A DNA stretch of 64,000 nucleotides from Alphaproteobacteria bacterium (GCA_016794145.1 JAEUKP010000008.1:21199-85198), one strand, 5' to 3'. Shown: positions 46,496-55,690, numbered from the stretch's first letter. Translations and numbers: made by a program. Notes: a model not told the origin generated them from the sequence alone.

Positions 46496-47548
46496 TCAAT
46501 CTTTTCCTGAAGAAAGAGTTTCTTTTTCCTGAACATTTTCCTGGACACGTTCCTGAACATTGCGGGTCAGGCGCCAGTTAGCAACATTCTGGTTATGCTC
46601 GGCCAGAGTGCGCGCAAAGACATGCCCCCCTGTTCCATCGGCCACAAAATACAGGAAATCATGCGCTTCGGGATGCAAAACCGCCCGAACTGCGTCTTTT
46701 CCGGCATTGGCAATCGGGGCCGGAGGCAATCCCGGGTGCAGATAGGTATTATAGGGCGAATCGGTCTCCAAATCCTTGGACAATAACCGCCGCCCCAAAG
46801 GCCCCTGCCCGTCATTTTGCGGTTGCCCGTTGGTCAGGGCATAAATCACCGTGGGGTCGGATTGCAACGGCATCCCCTTGCGCAAACGATTGATAAAAAC
46901 TCCGGCAATCCGCGCCCGTTCCGAGGCCACCCCCGTTTCCTTTTCCACGATCGACGCCAAGGTCAAGGCCTCATTCTCTGTGGTAAAAGGAAGATCCGGA
47001 TTCCGGTTCGGCCATTCCTTCGCCATCACATCGCGCAAAGCGGCCTGCATCTGGTCTAACTTTGCTGCGGCCGTATCTCCCCCCGTGTATTGATACGTGT
47101 CGGGCAGCACACTGCCCTCGGCAGGCGGCACCGCATCCCCCATCACCAGATCAGGAACATGGCGCAATTTTTCCAAAATCTCGAAACTCGTCAACCCTTC
47201 GGGGATCGTGAACTGGCGTTTATAAATATCCCCGCTTTTGAGTTTGGCCAGCACATCCGCCATGCGGACATGTGGCGGGAATTGATATTCTCCGGCTTTC
47301 AATGTGGCAGACGGCGGCAATATCTTGGCGGCCACCACAAACACATACGGATCGGAAATCACTTGCGCGGCTTTTAAGCGTTCGGCAATCGCCTGACTTC
47401 CCGTCCCTTTGGGCAACATCACAATCTTTTCAACGGCATTCAGAGCCGGAGTTGTATAAGCCGAATAGCCGTAATAGCCGATCCCCGCCACCAACGCCGC
47501 GCAGAGAACCCCGACAGAGATCAGAAACTTGATAACAAATAATTTCAT
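46496..47548 (-). CDS. mltG: endolytic murein transglycosylase MltG (YceG-like)
   Basis: N-terminal TM segment. FTIPEGLTSFEI...LASIVEKETGV...RARIAGVFINRL...MPLQSDPTVIY...YNTYLHPGLPPAPIANAG are YceG motifs. Confidence 0.9.
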   Translation of the reverse strand: MKLFVIKFLISVGVLCAALVAGIGYYGYSAYTTPALNAVEKIVMLPKGTGSQAIAERLKAAQVISDPYVFVVAAKILPPSATLKAGEYQFPPHVRMADVLAKLKSGDIYKRQFTIPEGLTSFEILEKLRHVPDLVMGDAVPPAEGSVLPDTYQYTGGDTAAAKLDQMQAALRDVMAKEWPNRNPDLPFTTENEALTLASIVEKETGVASERARIAGVFINRLRKGMPLQSDPTVIYALTNGQPQNDGQGPLGRRLLSKDLETDSPYNTYLHPGLPPAPIANAGKDAVRAVLHPEAHDFLYFVADGTGGHVFARTLAEHNQNVANWRLTRNVQERVQENVQEKETLSSGKD

Positions 47549-47582
47549 GATTCACACGATCCGAAAGAGCTATAAGAGCGAT

Positions 47583-47729
47583 CCCCCTCTCACCCGACTC
47601 CGGCTAAAAGCCCTCAAAAACTCTGGGGCTTTAAGCCTACGTTGCCCTCTCCCCCACGGGGAGAGGGTGGGGTGAGGGGGCAAATTCCCGCCTAAAATTG
47701 AATCACTTCATTTGAGTTCGGCTATATAA
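47583..47729. repeat. long palindromic element plus shared tail (inverted relative to 3485-3570)
   Basis: The reverse complement reads CCCCCTCACCCCACCCTCTCCCCGTGGGGGAGAGGGCAACGTAGGCTTAAAGCC...GTCGGGTGAGAGGGGG. The tail CAAATTCCCGCCTAAAATTGAATCACTTCATTTGAGTTC is shared with 25135-25176. Confidence 0.8.
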
Positions 47730-47746
47730 AAAACTCTATATACGCC

Positions 47747-49018
47747 CTAAACCGATTTCAATACCAAAGACGCATTGGTTCCACCAAACCCGAAGGAGTT
47801 CGAGAGCGCAATCTTGACCTTTTTGTCTTTTGCGACTTTTGGCACCAGATCAATCCCTTTGCATGGCTCCGACACATTCTCCAGATTCAAGGTTGGCGGC
47901 AGAATGCTGGTTTGAATGGCTTTCACAGTATAAATAGCTTCCACAGCACCAGCAGCCCCCAACAAGTGGCCAATCGCCGATTTCGTGGATGACATGGATA
48001 CGGTCTCAATTGCCGGACCAAACAAACGTTTGACGGCACCACATTCAATCCCATCCCCCATAGGGGTCGATGTTCCATGCGCGTTGATATAATCGATTTG
48101 ATCCGGAGTCACGCCCGCACGTTGCAGAGCCGCCCGCATTGCACGGAACCCGCCATCTCCGTCTTCGGCAGGAGATGTCATGTGATACGCGTCTCCCGAC
48201 AGACCATAGCCGACAACCTCGGCATAGATTTTTGCCCCGCGTTTTTTGGCATGTTCGTATTCTTCCAGAATAACAACCCCGGCCCCTTCGGCAATCACAA
48301 AGCCATCACGGGCTTCATCAAACGGACGCGAGGCTGCTTCCGGATTGTCATTATAACCGGTCGACAAAGCACGGCACGCAGCAAAACTCGCCACGCCCAA
48401 ACGGTTAACGGCCGCTTCTGCACCACCCGCCACCATCACATCCGCGTCGCCAATCATAATCAGACGCGCCGCATCGCCAATCGCATGCGATCCGGTGGCA
48501 CAGGCTGTAACCACCGAATGATTGGGGCCTTTAAAACCGTGTTTAATCGACACATGTCCCGATGCCAAATTGATCAGCATAGCCGGAACCGAGAAAGGAG
48601 ACACGCGCCGTGGCCCTTTTTGAATGAGGGTTTCCGACGTTTCATAAATGCTTTGCAAACCACCGATCCCCGAGCCAATCATAACGCCTGTACGCTCTTG
48701 CTCTTCGACCGTTGCGGGTTTCCATCCGGAATCGGCCACAGCTTCATCCGCCGCCATCATGCCGTACAGAATAAACGTATCGACTTTTTTCTGCTCTTTC
48801 GGGGCCAGCGTGTCATCGGGATTAAAGCCATCGGGGACACCTTCATTTTGATACGGCACCATCCCCGCCACTTGCGAAGTCATATCCGAGGCATCAAAGC
48901 GCGTAATTTTACGAATTCCGCTTTGGCCGGACGTAATCGCAGCCCAGTTCTTATCAACCCCGACACCCAGCGGGGATACCATTCCCATACCCGTAATAAC
49001 AACGCGTCTCATGCTCAC
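47747..49018 (-). CDS. fabF: beta-ketoacyl-ACP synthase II
   Basis: VVTACATGSHAIGDA (active-site Cys), YINAHGTSTPMGD and SNSFGFGGTNASLV. It lies downstream of acpP. Confidence 0.95.
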   Translation of the reverse strand: MSMRRVVITGMGMVSPLGVGVDKNWAAITSGQSGIRKITRFDASDMTSQVAGMVPYQNEGVPDGFNPDDTLAPKEQKKVDTFILYGMMAADEAVADSGWKPATVEEQERTGVMIGSGIGGLQSIYETSETLIQKGPRRVSPFSVPAMLINLASGHVSIKHGFKGPNHSVVTACATGSHAIGDAARLIMIGDADVMVAGGAEAAVNRLGVASFAACRALSTGYNDNPEAASRPFDEARDGFVIAEGAGVVILEEYEHAKKRGAKIYAEVVGYGLSGDAYHMTSPAEDGDGGFRAMRAALQRAGVTPDQIDYINAHGTSTPMGDGIECGAVKRLFGPAIETVSMSSTKSAIGHLLGAAGAVEAIYTVKAIQTSILPPTLNLENVSEPCKGIDLVPKVAKDKKVKIALSNSFGFGGTNASLVLKSV

Positions 49019-49030
49019 TCACAAATTGAA

Positions 49031-49079
49031 TCAAAAATGAAAAAGGGCCACGTCCAGACAATCCGGAGAAGCGGCCCTT
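49031..49079 (-). terminator. Rho-independent terminator/attenuator between acpP and fabF
   Basis: The minus strand reads AAGGGCCGC-(20-nt loop)-GTGGCCCTT followed by TTTCATTTTT. Confidence 0.7.
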
Positions 49080-49107
49080 GTAATTCTTACCAGAAAGCTC
49101 CAGAAGC

Positions 49108-49344
49108 TTAGGCAGCTTTTGAGCTGATAAAGCTCACAGCATCACCGACTGTCTGAATTTTTTCAGCAGCATCATCTGGAATTTCGATATCAAAGGCTTC
49201 TTCGAAGGCCATAACCAATTCAACGGTATCCAAAGAATCAGCCCCCAGATCATCAATGAAGCTAGACGCTTCTGTTACTTTGGATTCATCAACACCAAGG
49301 TGTTCGACAACAATTTTTTTAACGCGGTCAGCAATATCGCTCAT
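49108..49344 (-). CDS. acpP: acyl carrier protein
   Basis: [21 protein letters not shown] contains the phosphopantetheine Ser motif. Length is 78 aa. Confidence 0.97.
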   Translation of the reverse strand: MSDIADRVKKIVVEHLGVDESKVTEASSFIDDLGADSLDTVELVMAFEEAFDIEIPDDAAEKIQTVGDAVSFISSKAA

Positions 49345-49434
49345 AACTTTTAATTCCTGTGTTTGTTAACTTAATTTTCAGAACGGATGAAACTTAAACG
49401 CCCTTATCAATTATTGCAAGAGGCAATTTATATC

Positions 49435-50154
49435 CTATCCACACCCCTCTATTGATTTTATATAATCAACAATCTCGCCCCAATTCGAAAAGATCGCAGG
49501 AACCCCTAACGCCTTCATATCATTGGCTGTTTTTTCGGGATGATGGGCGACGGCCGTTAAACCGATCACATGCATGCCTGCGGCCAATCCCGCCTGAACA
49601 CCGGTCAGGCTATCCTCGACCACCACACACGACTCGGGCGCTGCGCCCATTTTTTCGGCCGCAAACAGGAACAAATCAGGGTATGGCTTGCCACGTGCCA
49701 CCTGACTCTTGGTAAAGATTCGCTCTGCACCGAACAGAGGATATAATCCAATCGCCTGCACCGATTGGGTCACGCTTTCCGGCTCCCCATTCGATGCTAC
49801 ACAGGTTTTATAACGTGATGCCAAATACGCAACCGCCTCCGGAGCCCCTTTCACCGGCTCGATTTGCGTGGCCATCCGCTCCAGAAACAACCGCACATAA
49901 GACGGCACGAAATGATCCGGAAGAGTGACACCTTCTTGCGCCTCGATGGCGGCTACCACATTGTGCATCCCGCGCCCGGCAAAATGCGTCATACAATATT
50001 CGAAATCATAGTGCGGATATCCCAGATCGGCCAGAACATCGGCGACAGCACGATTGTGCACCGCTTCGGAATCAGTCAAGGTGCCATCACAATCAAAAAT
50101 AATCAGTTCCGGAGTGATGTGAGGGGGGATGTGAGGGGCGATGTGAACGGTCAT
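49435..50154 (-). CDS. HAD-superfamily hydrolase (beta-phosphoglucomutase/phosphatase-like)
   Basis: IIFDCDGTLTDSE (motif I), CVASNG (motif II) and VVVEDSLTGVQAGLAAGM (motif IV). Confidence 0.8.
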   Translation of the reverse strand: MTVHIAPHIPPHITPELIIFDCDGTLTDSEAVHNRAVADVLADLGYPHYDFEYCMTHFAGRGMHNVVAAIEAQEGVTLPDHFVPSYVRLFLERMATQIEPVKGAPEAVAYLASRYKTCVASNGEPESVTQSVQAIGLYPLFGAERIFTKSQVARGKPYPDLFLFAAEKMGAAPESCVVVEDSLTGVQAGLAAGMHVIGLTAVAHHPEKTANDMKALGVPAIFSNWGEIVDYIKSIEGCG

Positions 50155-51278
50155 TCGTCTATCCTTATAATAGGGGCTGGTTTCTGCGTGACCGATAATT
50201 CGGCCAGAACACGGGTTGCAATTGCCCGATATTCCTCTGCTTGCGGGCTATCTGGTTCGGCCACCACAATCGGCGTTCCGGCATCCGATAATTCACGGAT
50301 ACGGCGATGCAAGGGAATATCGCCCAAGACAGGCACGCCCAATTTTTCCGCTTCGGCTTTTGCGCCACCTGCCCCAAAAATATCCTCGCGGTGGCCACAA
50401 TTCGGACAGCAATAGGTCGACATATTCTCGATAATTCCCAAAATCGGAACAGACACTTTCTGGAACAAATCCAATCCCTTGCGCGCATCAATCAAGGCAA
50501 TATCCTGTGGGGTTGATACCACGACGCCCCCCGATAACGGGACGCGCTGAGCCAAAGTCAGATGAATGTCTCCCGTCCCGGGCGGCAAATCCATCACCAG
50601 AATATCCACCCCGCTCCAATTCACATCACGGATCATTTGTAACAAGGCCGATTGCACCATTGGCCCGCGCCAGATCATCGCGGCCTGTTCCTCTACCAAG
50701 AATCCCATCGACATGGATTTGATCCCCTGTGCCAAGATCGGTTCCAGTTTTCCGCCATTTTCGTCAGGGACAACTTTGCGATCGGGCACGCCCAATAAGC
50801 GCGGCACAGATGGCCCATAAATATCCGCATCCAGAAGCCCGACGCGTTTTCCCAAAGACGATAGCGCCAGAGCCAGATTGACCGCCACCGTTGACTTTCC
50901 GACCCCACCTTTGCCGGACGCCACCGCAATCACAACCGGAGGCAATCCCAAATCCTGAGGAGCTTTCGAAGGGGCAGTCGAGGGAGATTTTGGAGCAGTT
51001 TGAGAAGGACTATCCAACGAAGATGGACGCGTTTCGCCCGTTGGAATGACCATCACGTTGCGGATGCCCGCCACCGTGGCCGCCGCTTTTTCGATCTGGT
51101 GGAATCTCTCTGCAATATCCGGTGCATCGGCGGTGACCACCACGACAATCATCGCCTGCCCGTCTGCTGTGACTCGAATATCATCTATCCGCAACGAATT
51201 CCCTAGAAACGGCGCAATCCGTTGACGGAGAACAAGTGGGACATCCTCCGTATTTTTGCGCTTAAAAAACGAAAACAT
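50151..51278 (-). CDS. apbC: iron-sulfur cluster carrier ATPase Mrp/ApbC
   Basis: N-terminal DUF59-like domain, ASGKGGVGKSTVAVNLA, MDLPPGTGD and CPNCGH. There is a 4-nt overlap with the HAD gene. Confidence 0.9.
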   Translation of the reverse strand: MFSFFKRKNTEDVPLVLRQRIAPFLGNSLRIDDIRVTADGQAMIVVVVTADAPDIAERFHQIEKAAATVAGIRNVMVIPTGETRPSSLDSPSQTAPKSPSTAPSKAPQDLGLPPVVIAVASGKGGVGKSTVAVNLALALSSLGKRVGLLDADIYGPSVPRLLGVPDRKVVPDENGGKLEPILAQGIKSMSMGFLVEEQAAMIWRGPMVQSALLQMIRDVNWSGVDILVMDLPPGTGDIHLTLAQRVPLSGGVVVSTPQDIALIDARKGLDLFQKVSVPILGIIENMSTYCCPNCGHREDIFGAGGAKAEAEKLGVPVLGDIPLHRRIRELSDAGTPIVVAEPDSPQAEEYRAIATRVLAELSVTQKPAPIIRIDE

Positions 51279-51388
51279 GGCGTAACTCCACTTTTACTTT
51301 GGGTGTAACTTTAAAATTTTGGTTGGTTCTAGTTGTTTTTAGCCGGAAAAAAGCTAAAGTCTAGAGATAATAATTTTAAGGATCAAAA

Positions 51389-52534
51389 ATGACTTGGAAT
51401 AATGATAACGATCAACGCCCCAATCCTTGGGGAAAACCTCAGGGCCATCAAGACGGACATCAGGGAAGAGAAAGAAAACCATCACAGCGCCCATCGGGTG
51501 ATGATATGGATTTTGATGCCCTTTGGCGCAAAGTAAAGACTCTGTTTGACGATAATATTTCGTCCAGGGGATCTAGTGGATCAGGAGGCTCGGGGGGCCC
51601 GGCCCACCCGGGACGATATCTAGCAATGGGTGGCGTTGCGATTGCTGCTTTGTGGTTATTAAGTGGCCTTTATTTTGTCCAGCCAAACCAAAATGGCGTT
51701 GTTCTGACCTTTGGCAAATATACGCGAACAGACGAGATTCCCGGACCAAAATGGAAAATGCCTTGGCCTATTCAATCTGTTAATGTTGTCGATGTTACAA
51801 CTGAACGGCGCATCCAGATTGGCTATACCGCAGATGATTCAGGCTATAGCAACGCGAATAACAACTCTCATCAGGAAAGCCTGATGCTGACAGGAGATGA
51901 AAACATTGTTGATATCAACTTTGTTGTATTGTGGCGCGTGGGCAATGCGAAGGATTTTCTATACTCTGTCCGTGATCCGGAAGATACCATCGCAATGGTT
52001 GCCGCCAGCACAATGCGCGAGATTATTGGCCAAACCAATATCCAACCGGCCCTTACAGATGCGCGAACAAAGATCCAAAGCGATGCGCGGGCCCTGATGC
52101 AAAAATTGCTCGATGAATATCATACCGGTGTTATTATCAACAATGTTCAGTTACAGAAAGTTGACCCGCCTGCAGCTGTTGTTGATGCCTTTAACGATGT
52201 TCAGCGTGCCAGACAGAAAAAAGAAGAATTAAAGAATCTGGCCGAGGCCTATCGCAACGATATCATCCCCCGTGCCAAAGGGGAGGCAGAGAAAATGCGC
52301 CAGGCGGCAAGTGCTTATAAACAACAAATTGTAAGCCAGGCAACAGGGGATGCTAGCCGTTTCAATTCCATCTTTGCTGCCTATAAAAATGCCCCGGCAG
52401 TCACATCAGAACGGATGTACCTTGAAACCATGGAAGACATTCTTAAAAATACAAAGACGGTTATCCTTGGAAATAAAGACAGCAACGTCCTCCCTTATCT
52501 TCCCCTGAATGAATTAAAAAAGGAAAGCAAATAA
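51389..52534 (+). CDS. hflK: FtsH protease modulator HflK
   Basis: N-terminal Gly/Ser-rich region, TM segment and SPFH domain (VLTFGKY...LTGDENIVDINFVVLWRV). It is followed by hflC. Confidence 0.9.
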   Translation: MTWNNDNDQRPNPWGKPQGHQDGHQGRERKPSQRPSGDDMDFDALWRKVKTLFDDNISSRGSSGSGGSGGPAHPGRYLAMGGVAIAALWLLSGLYFVQPNQNGVVLTFGKYTRTDEIPGPKWKMPWPIQSVNVVDVTTERRIQIGYTADDSGYSNANNNSHQESLMLTGDENIVDINFVVLWRVGNAKDFLYSVRDPEDTIAMVAASTMREIIGQTNIQPALTDARTKIQSDARALMQKLLDEYHTGVIINNVQLQKVDPPAAVVDAFNDVQRARQKKEELKNLAEAYRNDIIPRAKGEAEKMRQAASAYKQQIVSQATGDASRFNSIFAAYKNAPAVTSERMYLETMEDILKNTKTVILGNKDSNVLPYLPLNELKKESK

Positions 52535-53400
52535 TGAACGAAGGTAAACTTGTCTCTTTGGCAATCACAGCAATTGTTGTTTTTATTTTCTTTTCAACAT
52601 CTGTCTTCACAGTCCAAGAAAATCAACAAGTTCTGGTTATGCGTTTTGGAAATCCAAAAGACCAGATTGCAGAACCCGGCCTGCATTTCAAACTGTCTGT
52701 CCTTGATCAAACACGCGTGTTTGAAAAACGAATTCTGAATGTTGACCCTCCATCGGAAGAAGTCCTCCTTGCAGACCAAAAACGTCTTCTGGTTGATTCC
52801 TTTGCCCGGTATAAGATTGTTGATATTCTGAAGTTTTTTCAAACTTTAAATACAGAAGCCGGAGCCCAAACCCGTCTCCACACAATTATCAACTCGGCTG
52901 TCCGGAGCGCGATGGGGAAAGCAACGCTGCAAAATATTCTTTCGACAAAACGTGATGCCCTGATGGAAGACATTCAGGAAACCGTCAATGTCGAAGCAAA
53001 ACGTTTTGGAATTGAAGTTGTTGACGTGCGCATTGTTCGGGCGGATTTACCCGAACAGGTTACACAAGCAACCTTTGACAGGATGAGATCTGAACGCGCG
53101 CGTGAGGCACAGGAAGCAAGGGCAGAAGGAGAACAGTTGTCCCTTGAGATTAAATCAAAAGCAGATAAAGAGCGCACAATTCTTTTGGCAGAAGCCCAGC
53201 GCGATGCTGAAACCCTTCGCGGAGAAGGGGATAAAACCGCCATCGAAATTTACGGTAAAGCCTTTAGCCAGGATCCAAAATTCTACGCCTTCTATCGCTC
53301 TCTTGAGGCGTACAAGAAATCGCTCGCGAATGGAGAGACCACCCTCCTTCTTTCACCCGATAGCGACTTCCTGGAATATTTTAAAACGAAACTAAAATAA
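52534..53400 (+). CDS. hflC: FtsH protease modulator HflC
   Basis: TM segment plus SPFH domain (VMRFGNP...LHFKL...). The TAATG junction overlaps the hflK stop. Confidence 0.9.
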   Translation: MNEGKLVSLAITAIVVFIFFSTSVFTVQENQQVLVMRFGNPKDQIAEPGLHFKLSVLDQTRVFEKRILNVDPPSEEVLLADQKRLLVDSFARYKIVDILKFFQTLNTEAGAQTRLHTIINSAVRSAMGKATLQNILSTKRDALMEDIQETVNVEAKRFGIEVVDVRIVRADLPEQVTQATFDRMRSERAREAQEARAEGEQLSLEIKSKADKERTILLAEAQRDAETLRGEGDKTAIEIYGKAFSQDPKFYAFYRSLEAYKKSLANGETTLLLSPDSDFLEYFKTKLK

Positions 53401-53541
53401 AAACGTCCAGGAATCTTTGGCACCAAGGGCCTGATTTTTTAATCTCTCACACAGATCATCTCTCTATTTATCGGAGAGATGATCAATTATAAACAATGTC
53501 TTGTTTTGAATTGGAATTGCTTTAGGCCACCTCTCAAAGCC

Positions 53542-53620
53542 CTTATCGTCATACCAGCGGAAGCTGGTATCTCTTTGATTTCAAAAGATTCAAGATTCCG
53601 GCTTTCGCCGGAATGACGGG
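53542..53620. repeat. second palindromic repeat family, inverted copy
   Basis: The reverse complement reads CCCGTCATTCCGGCGAAAGCCGGAATCTTGAATCTTTTGAAATCAAAGAGATACCAGCTTCCGCTGGTATGACGATAAG, matching 20448-20526. Confidence 0.85.
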
Positions 53621-53743
53621 TTTTTAGAAGTGACCTTTAATTGATGCAAAGCGAAAAGCTCTTGTCTCGTTCTCTTTCCGTTGCCTCTTTTTCAAACAAG
53701 TACGGCCCAAGAGAGAATAAATTAAGACAGAATAAATAAGGAA

Positions 53744-53828
53744 TGGTGCCCCTGGTCGGACTCGAACCAACACGAGTTTCCCCACTTGATTTTGAGTCAA
53801 GCGCGTCTACCAATTTCGCCACAGGGGC
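53744..53828 (-). tRNA. tRNA-Leu (anticodon CAA)
   Basis: The minus strand reads GCCCCTGTGGCGAAATTGGTAGACGCGCTTGACTCAAAATCAAGTGGGGAAACTCGTGTTGGTTCGAGTCCGACCAGGGGCACCA. The acceptor stem is GCCCCTG/CAGGGGC and the anticodon loop is CTCAAAA. It has a long variable arm. Confidence 0.9.
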
Positions 53829-53921
53829 ACACCAAAAAGTCATTTATGACTTGCCTTAGCGAATGAGAAGATACAGATTGTACAAAGATAATCAAGTCTT
53901 TTTTATACAGGTTTTTATAGG

Positions 53922-54446
53922 ATGACCGCTCCCCTCCTTCTCTCCCTTCGAAAATATATAATTTCAAGCTTTCCCACTGATAAAATTGCTTTATGCATTG
54001 CGCTTGTCTCGGTTTTATCGCTTGCGGCAGCGTTTACCGCCCAATATGGTTTTGGGCTGCGCCCGTGCGACCTATGTCTGCTGCAGCGAATTCCGTTCGG
54101 TGTTACTATCGCTTTAGGGGCAATTGGCTTTTTTGCAAAACAGACCAGTCGCCCGATGATTACTTTGGCTGGATTTTTCTTTCTAATCAACGCGATAATT
54201 GCCGCCTATCATTCCGGGGTTGAGCGCAAATGGTGGGCCGGACTCAGCGGCTGTTCGACGCCTGATATGTCTGGGTCTATCGAAGAATTAATGAAACGGA
54301 TTGAAGACACAGATGTTGTCCGTTGCGATGAAATTCCTTGGAGCCTTTTCGGACTGTCCATGGCAAATTACAATGTTTTTTTCTGCCTGGGCTTGGCCAT
54401 TGGATGCTGGGCATACATCATTCTCTTAAGAAAAAACAAATTATAA
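53922..54446 (+). CDS. dsbB: disulfide bond formation protein B family
   Basis: Four TM segments. The first Cys pair is in RPCDLCLLQRIPF and the second periplasmic Cys pair is (GCSTP...VVRCDE). Confidence 0.8.
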   Translation: MTAPLLLSLRKYIISSFPTDKIALCIALVSVLSLAAAFTAQYGFGLRPCDLCLLQRIPFGVTIALGAIGFFAKQTSRPMITLAGFFFLINAIIAAYHSGVERKWWAGLSGCSTPDMSGSIEELMKRIEDTDVVRCDEIPWSLFGLSMANYNVFFCLGLAIGCWAYIILLRKNKL

Positions 54447-54523
54447 GTAGATATTTTTAACAAAATATTGACATAATTAAAAAATAACTATACCCTCTCT
54501 TCAAGAAATAGAAAGAGGGGCAC

Positions 54524-55690
54524 ATGCAAAAAAAACGACAAATTGATAAGGGAGATATCATCACTGATCTTTTGGGATCAAAGGGTTATGCTGAGGTTAA
54601 CTCTCCTGATTCCTTGGCTGCAAATCTGGATGTGCTTCTTCGTATTCCAACTCTTACGGCCAAAGAGTTGGCTATCGCTCTTTATCATTCTACAAAAGGG
54701 GCCTTAAATGGTCGCTATGGTGAAAACCAGAAACCTGCACTTGATGTTATAAAAAGCCATGTGCAAACTTGGACTGATTGCGCTCTCAGGAAAAAAGAGT
54801 ATACGGGCTATACAATAGCGCACATGCTGGATGGATTTGCTCATTTAAACCTTCGCCCACCGGAACGATTTGTTTCGTTTGCTTTAGAAAAAGCCAAAAA
54901 CTTAATATCTGGTTTCAATGCAGATGACATAGTATTTTTTTCGCACGCTGTCGCGCATCTCGGTATTTTACCTGACAAAAAATTATTAATCGCAATGGGG
55001 GATAGGATTCGTAGTTCTCGGAGCTCTTTTTCCCCTCACCAATTGCACTCTCTTATGCGATCATTGGCGGTGCTTGATTGCTTATCTGTGCATCACCATG
55101 TCTCAAAACGATATTCTTTTGGTTCGTTATTTTCAGAGCTATTAAATGATGGCAGCATAAGAGCAAAAATTGCGTCCGTAACGGATGCTGATTGTAAAGC
55201 GATGTTATCAGATGCCATTTTGTGGTTCAAAGGAAGCACTCCATATGCGCGTCCTTCTGAGTCTGATACTTCATCACTTTTTGAAAGTGATATGGCTGAC
55301 GAATTAAGGGAATCTGGTGCTCGTGTAAACAATGGAGTTTCGATCCAAACCCCTAATCATATTGTAGATCTGTCTGCCACATTTGGACAGGCCACATTTT
55401 TTGTGGAGTGTGATGGTCCTACCCATTTTGTGCACGGGGCAGATGATCATAAAGTTTATTTAAATGGTTCCACAATTTTTCAAACGGCTCTTATCCGAAA
55501 AGGAAATCCCGATAAAAGCCTTGTGCGTATTCCAATAGATGTTTGTTATCCAAAACGTGGAGATCGAGATTTTTGGGATAGTTTCCTTCTGGCGGCAAGT
55601 GAAGCGCAGGTTGGGGCCTATTGCCTTAGTCCTAATGGAAAACTTCTTCCTGTCTGTGATGGTTATGCCCCTCCCGCAGGCTATGCTTGA
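54524..55690 (+). CDS. FASTK-like helical-repeat protein with a C-terminal RAP-type (Vsr-like PD-(D/E)XK) domain
   Basis: C-terminal HIVDLSATFGQATFFVECDGPTHFVHGADDHKVYLNGSTIFQTALIRKGNPDKSLVRIPIDV fits the RAP pattern (vD..{8-12}..iEvDGPsHF....L.G.T.lK.R.L...G..Vv.IP). Upstream are leucine-rich helical repeats of FAST_1/2 style (IAHMLDGFAHLNLRPPERFV; IVFFSHAVAHLGILPDKKLL; LHSLMRSLAVLDCLS). Confidence 0.55.
   Translation: MQKKRQIDKGDIITDLLGSKGYAEVNSPDSLAANLDVLLRIPTLTAKELAIALYHSTKGALNGRYGENQKPALDVIKSHVQTWTDCALRKKEYTGYTIAHMLDGFAHLNLRPPERFVSFALEKAKNLISGFNADDIVFFSHAVAHLGILPDKKLLIAMGDRIRSSRSSFSPHQLHSLMRSLAVLDCLSVHHHVSKRYSFGSLFSELLNDGSIRAKIASVTDADCKAMLSDAILWFKGSTPYARPSESDTSSLFESDMADELRESGARVNNGVSIQTPNHIVDLSATFGQATFFVECDGPTHFVHGADDHKVYLNGSTIFQTALIRKGNPDKSLVRIPIDVCYPKRGDRDFWDSFLLAASEAQVGAYCLSPNGKLLPVCDGYAPPAGYA

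Noticed and set aside
3485-47729. The recurring GGGGAGAGGG-type repeats as a CRISPR array
   Set aside because: Copies are scattered over 44 kb and irregularly spaced. They are individually palindromic and occur in both orientations. No cas genes are present and there is no repeat-spacer periodicity.
48077-49111. 344-aa plus-strand ORF
   Set aside because: It is antisense to fabF and part of acpP. It is Arg/His-rich and non-protein-like. fabF motifs are unambiguous on the other strand.
50990-51035. The SSLDSPSQTAPKSPS linker in Mrp as another copy of the priA (SQDSP)n repeat
   Set aside because: The similarity is only at the peptide level. The underlying nucleotides (GATAGTCCTTCTCAA versus GATTCCCCCTCACAA) are unrelated to the palindromic element arm.
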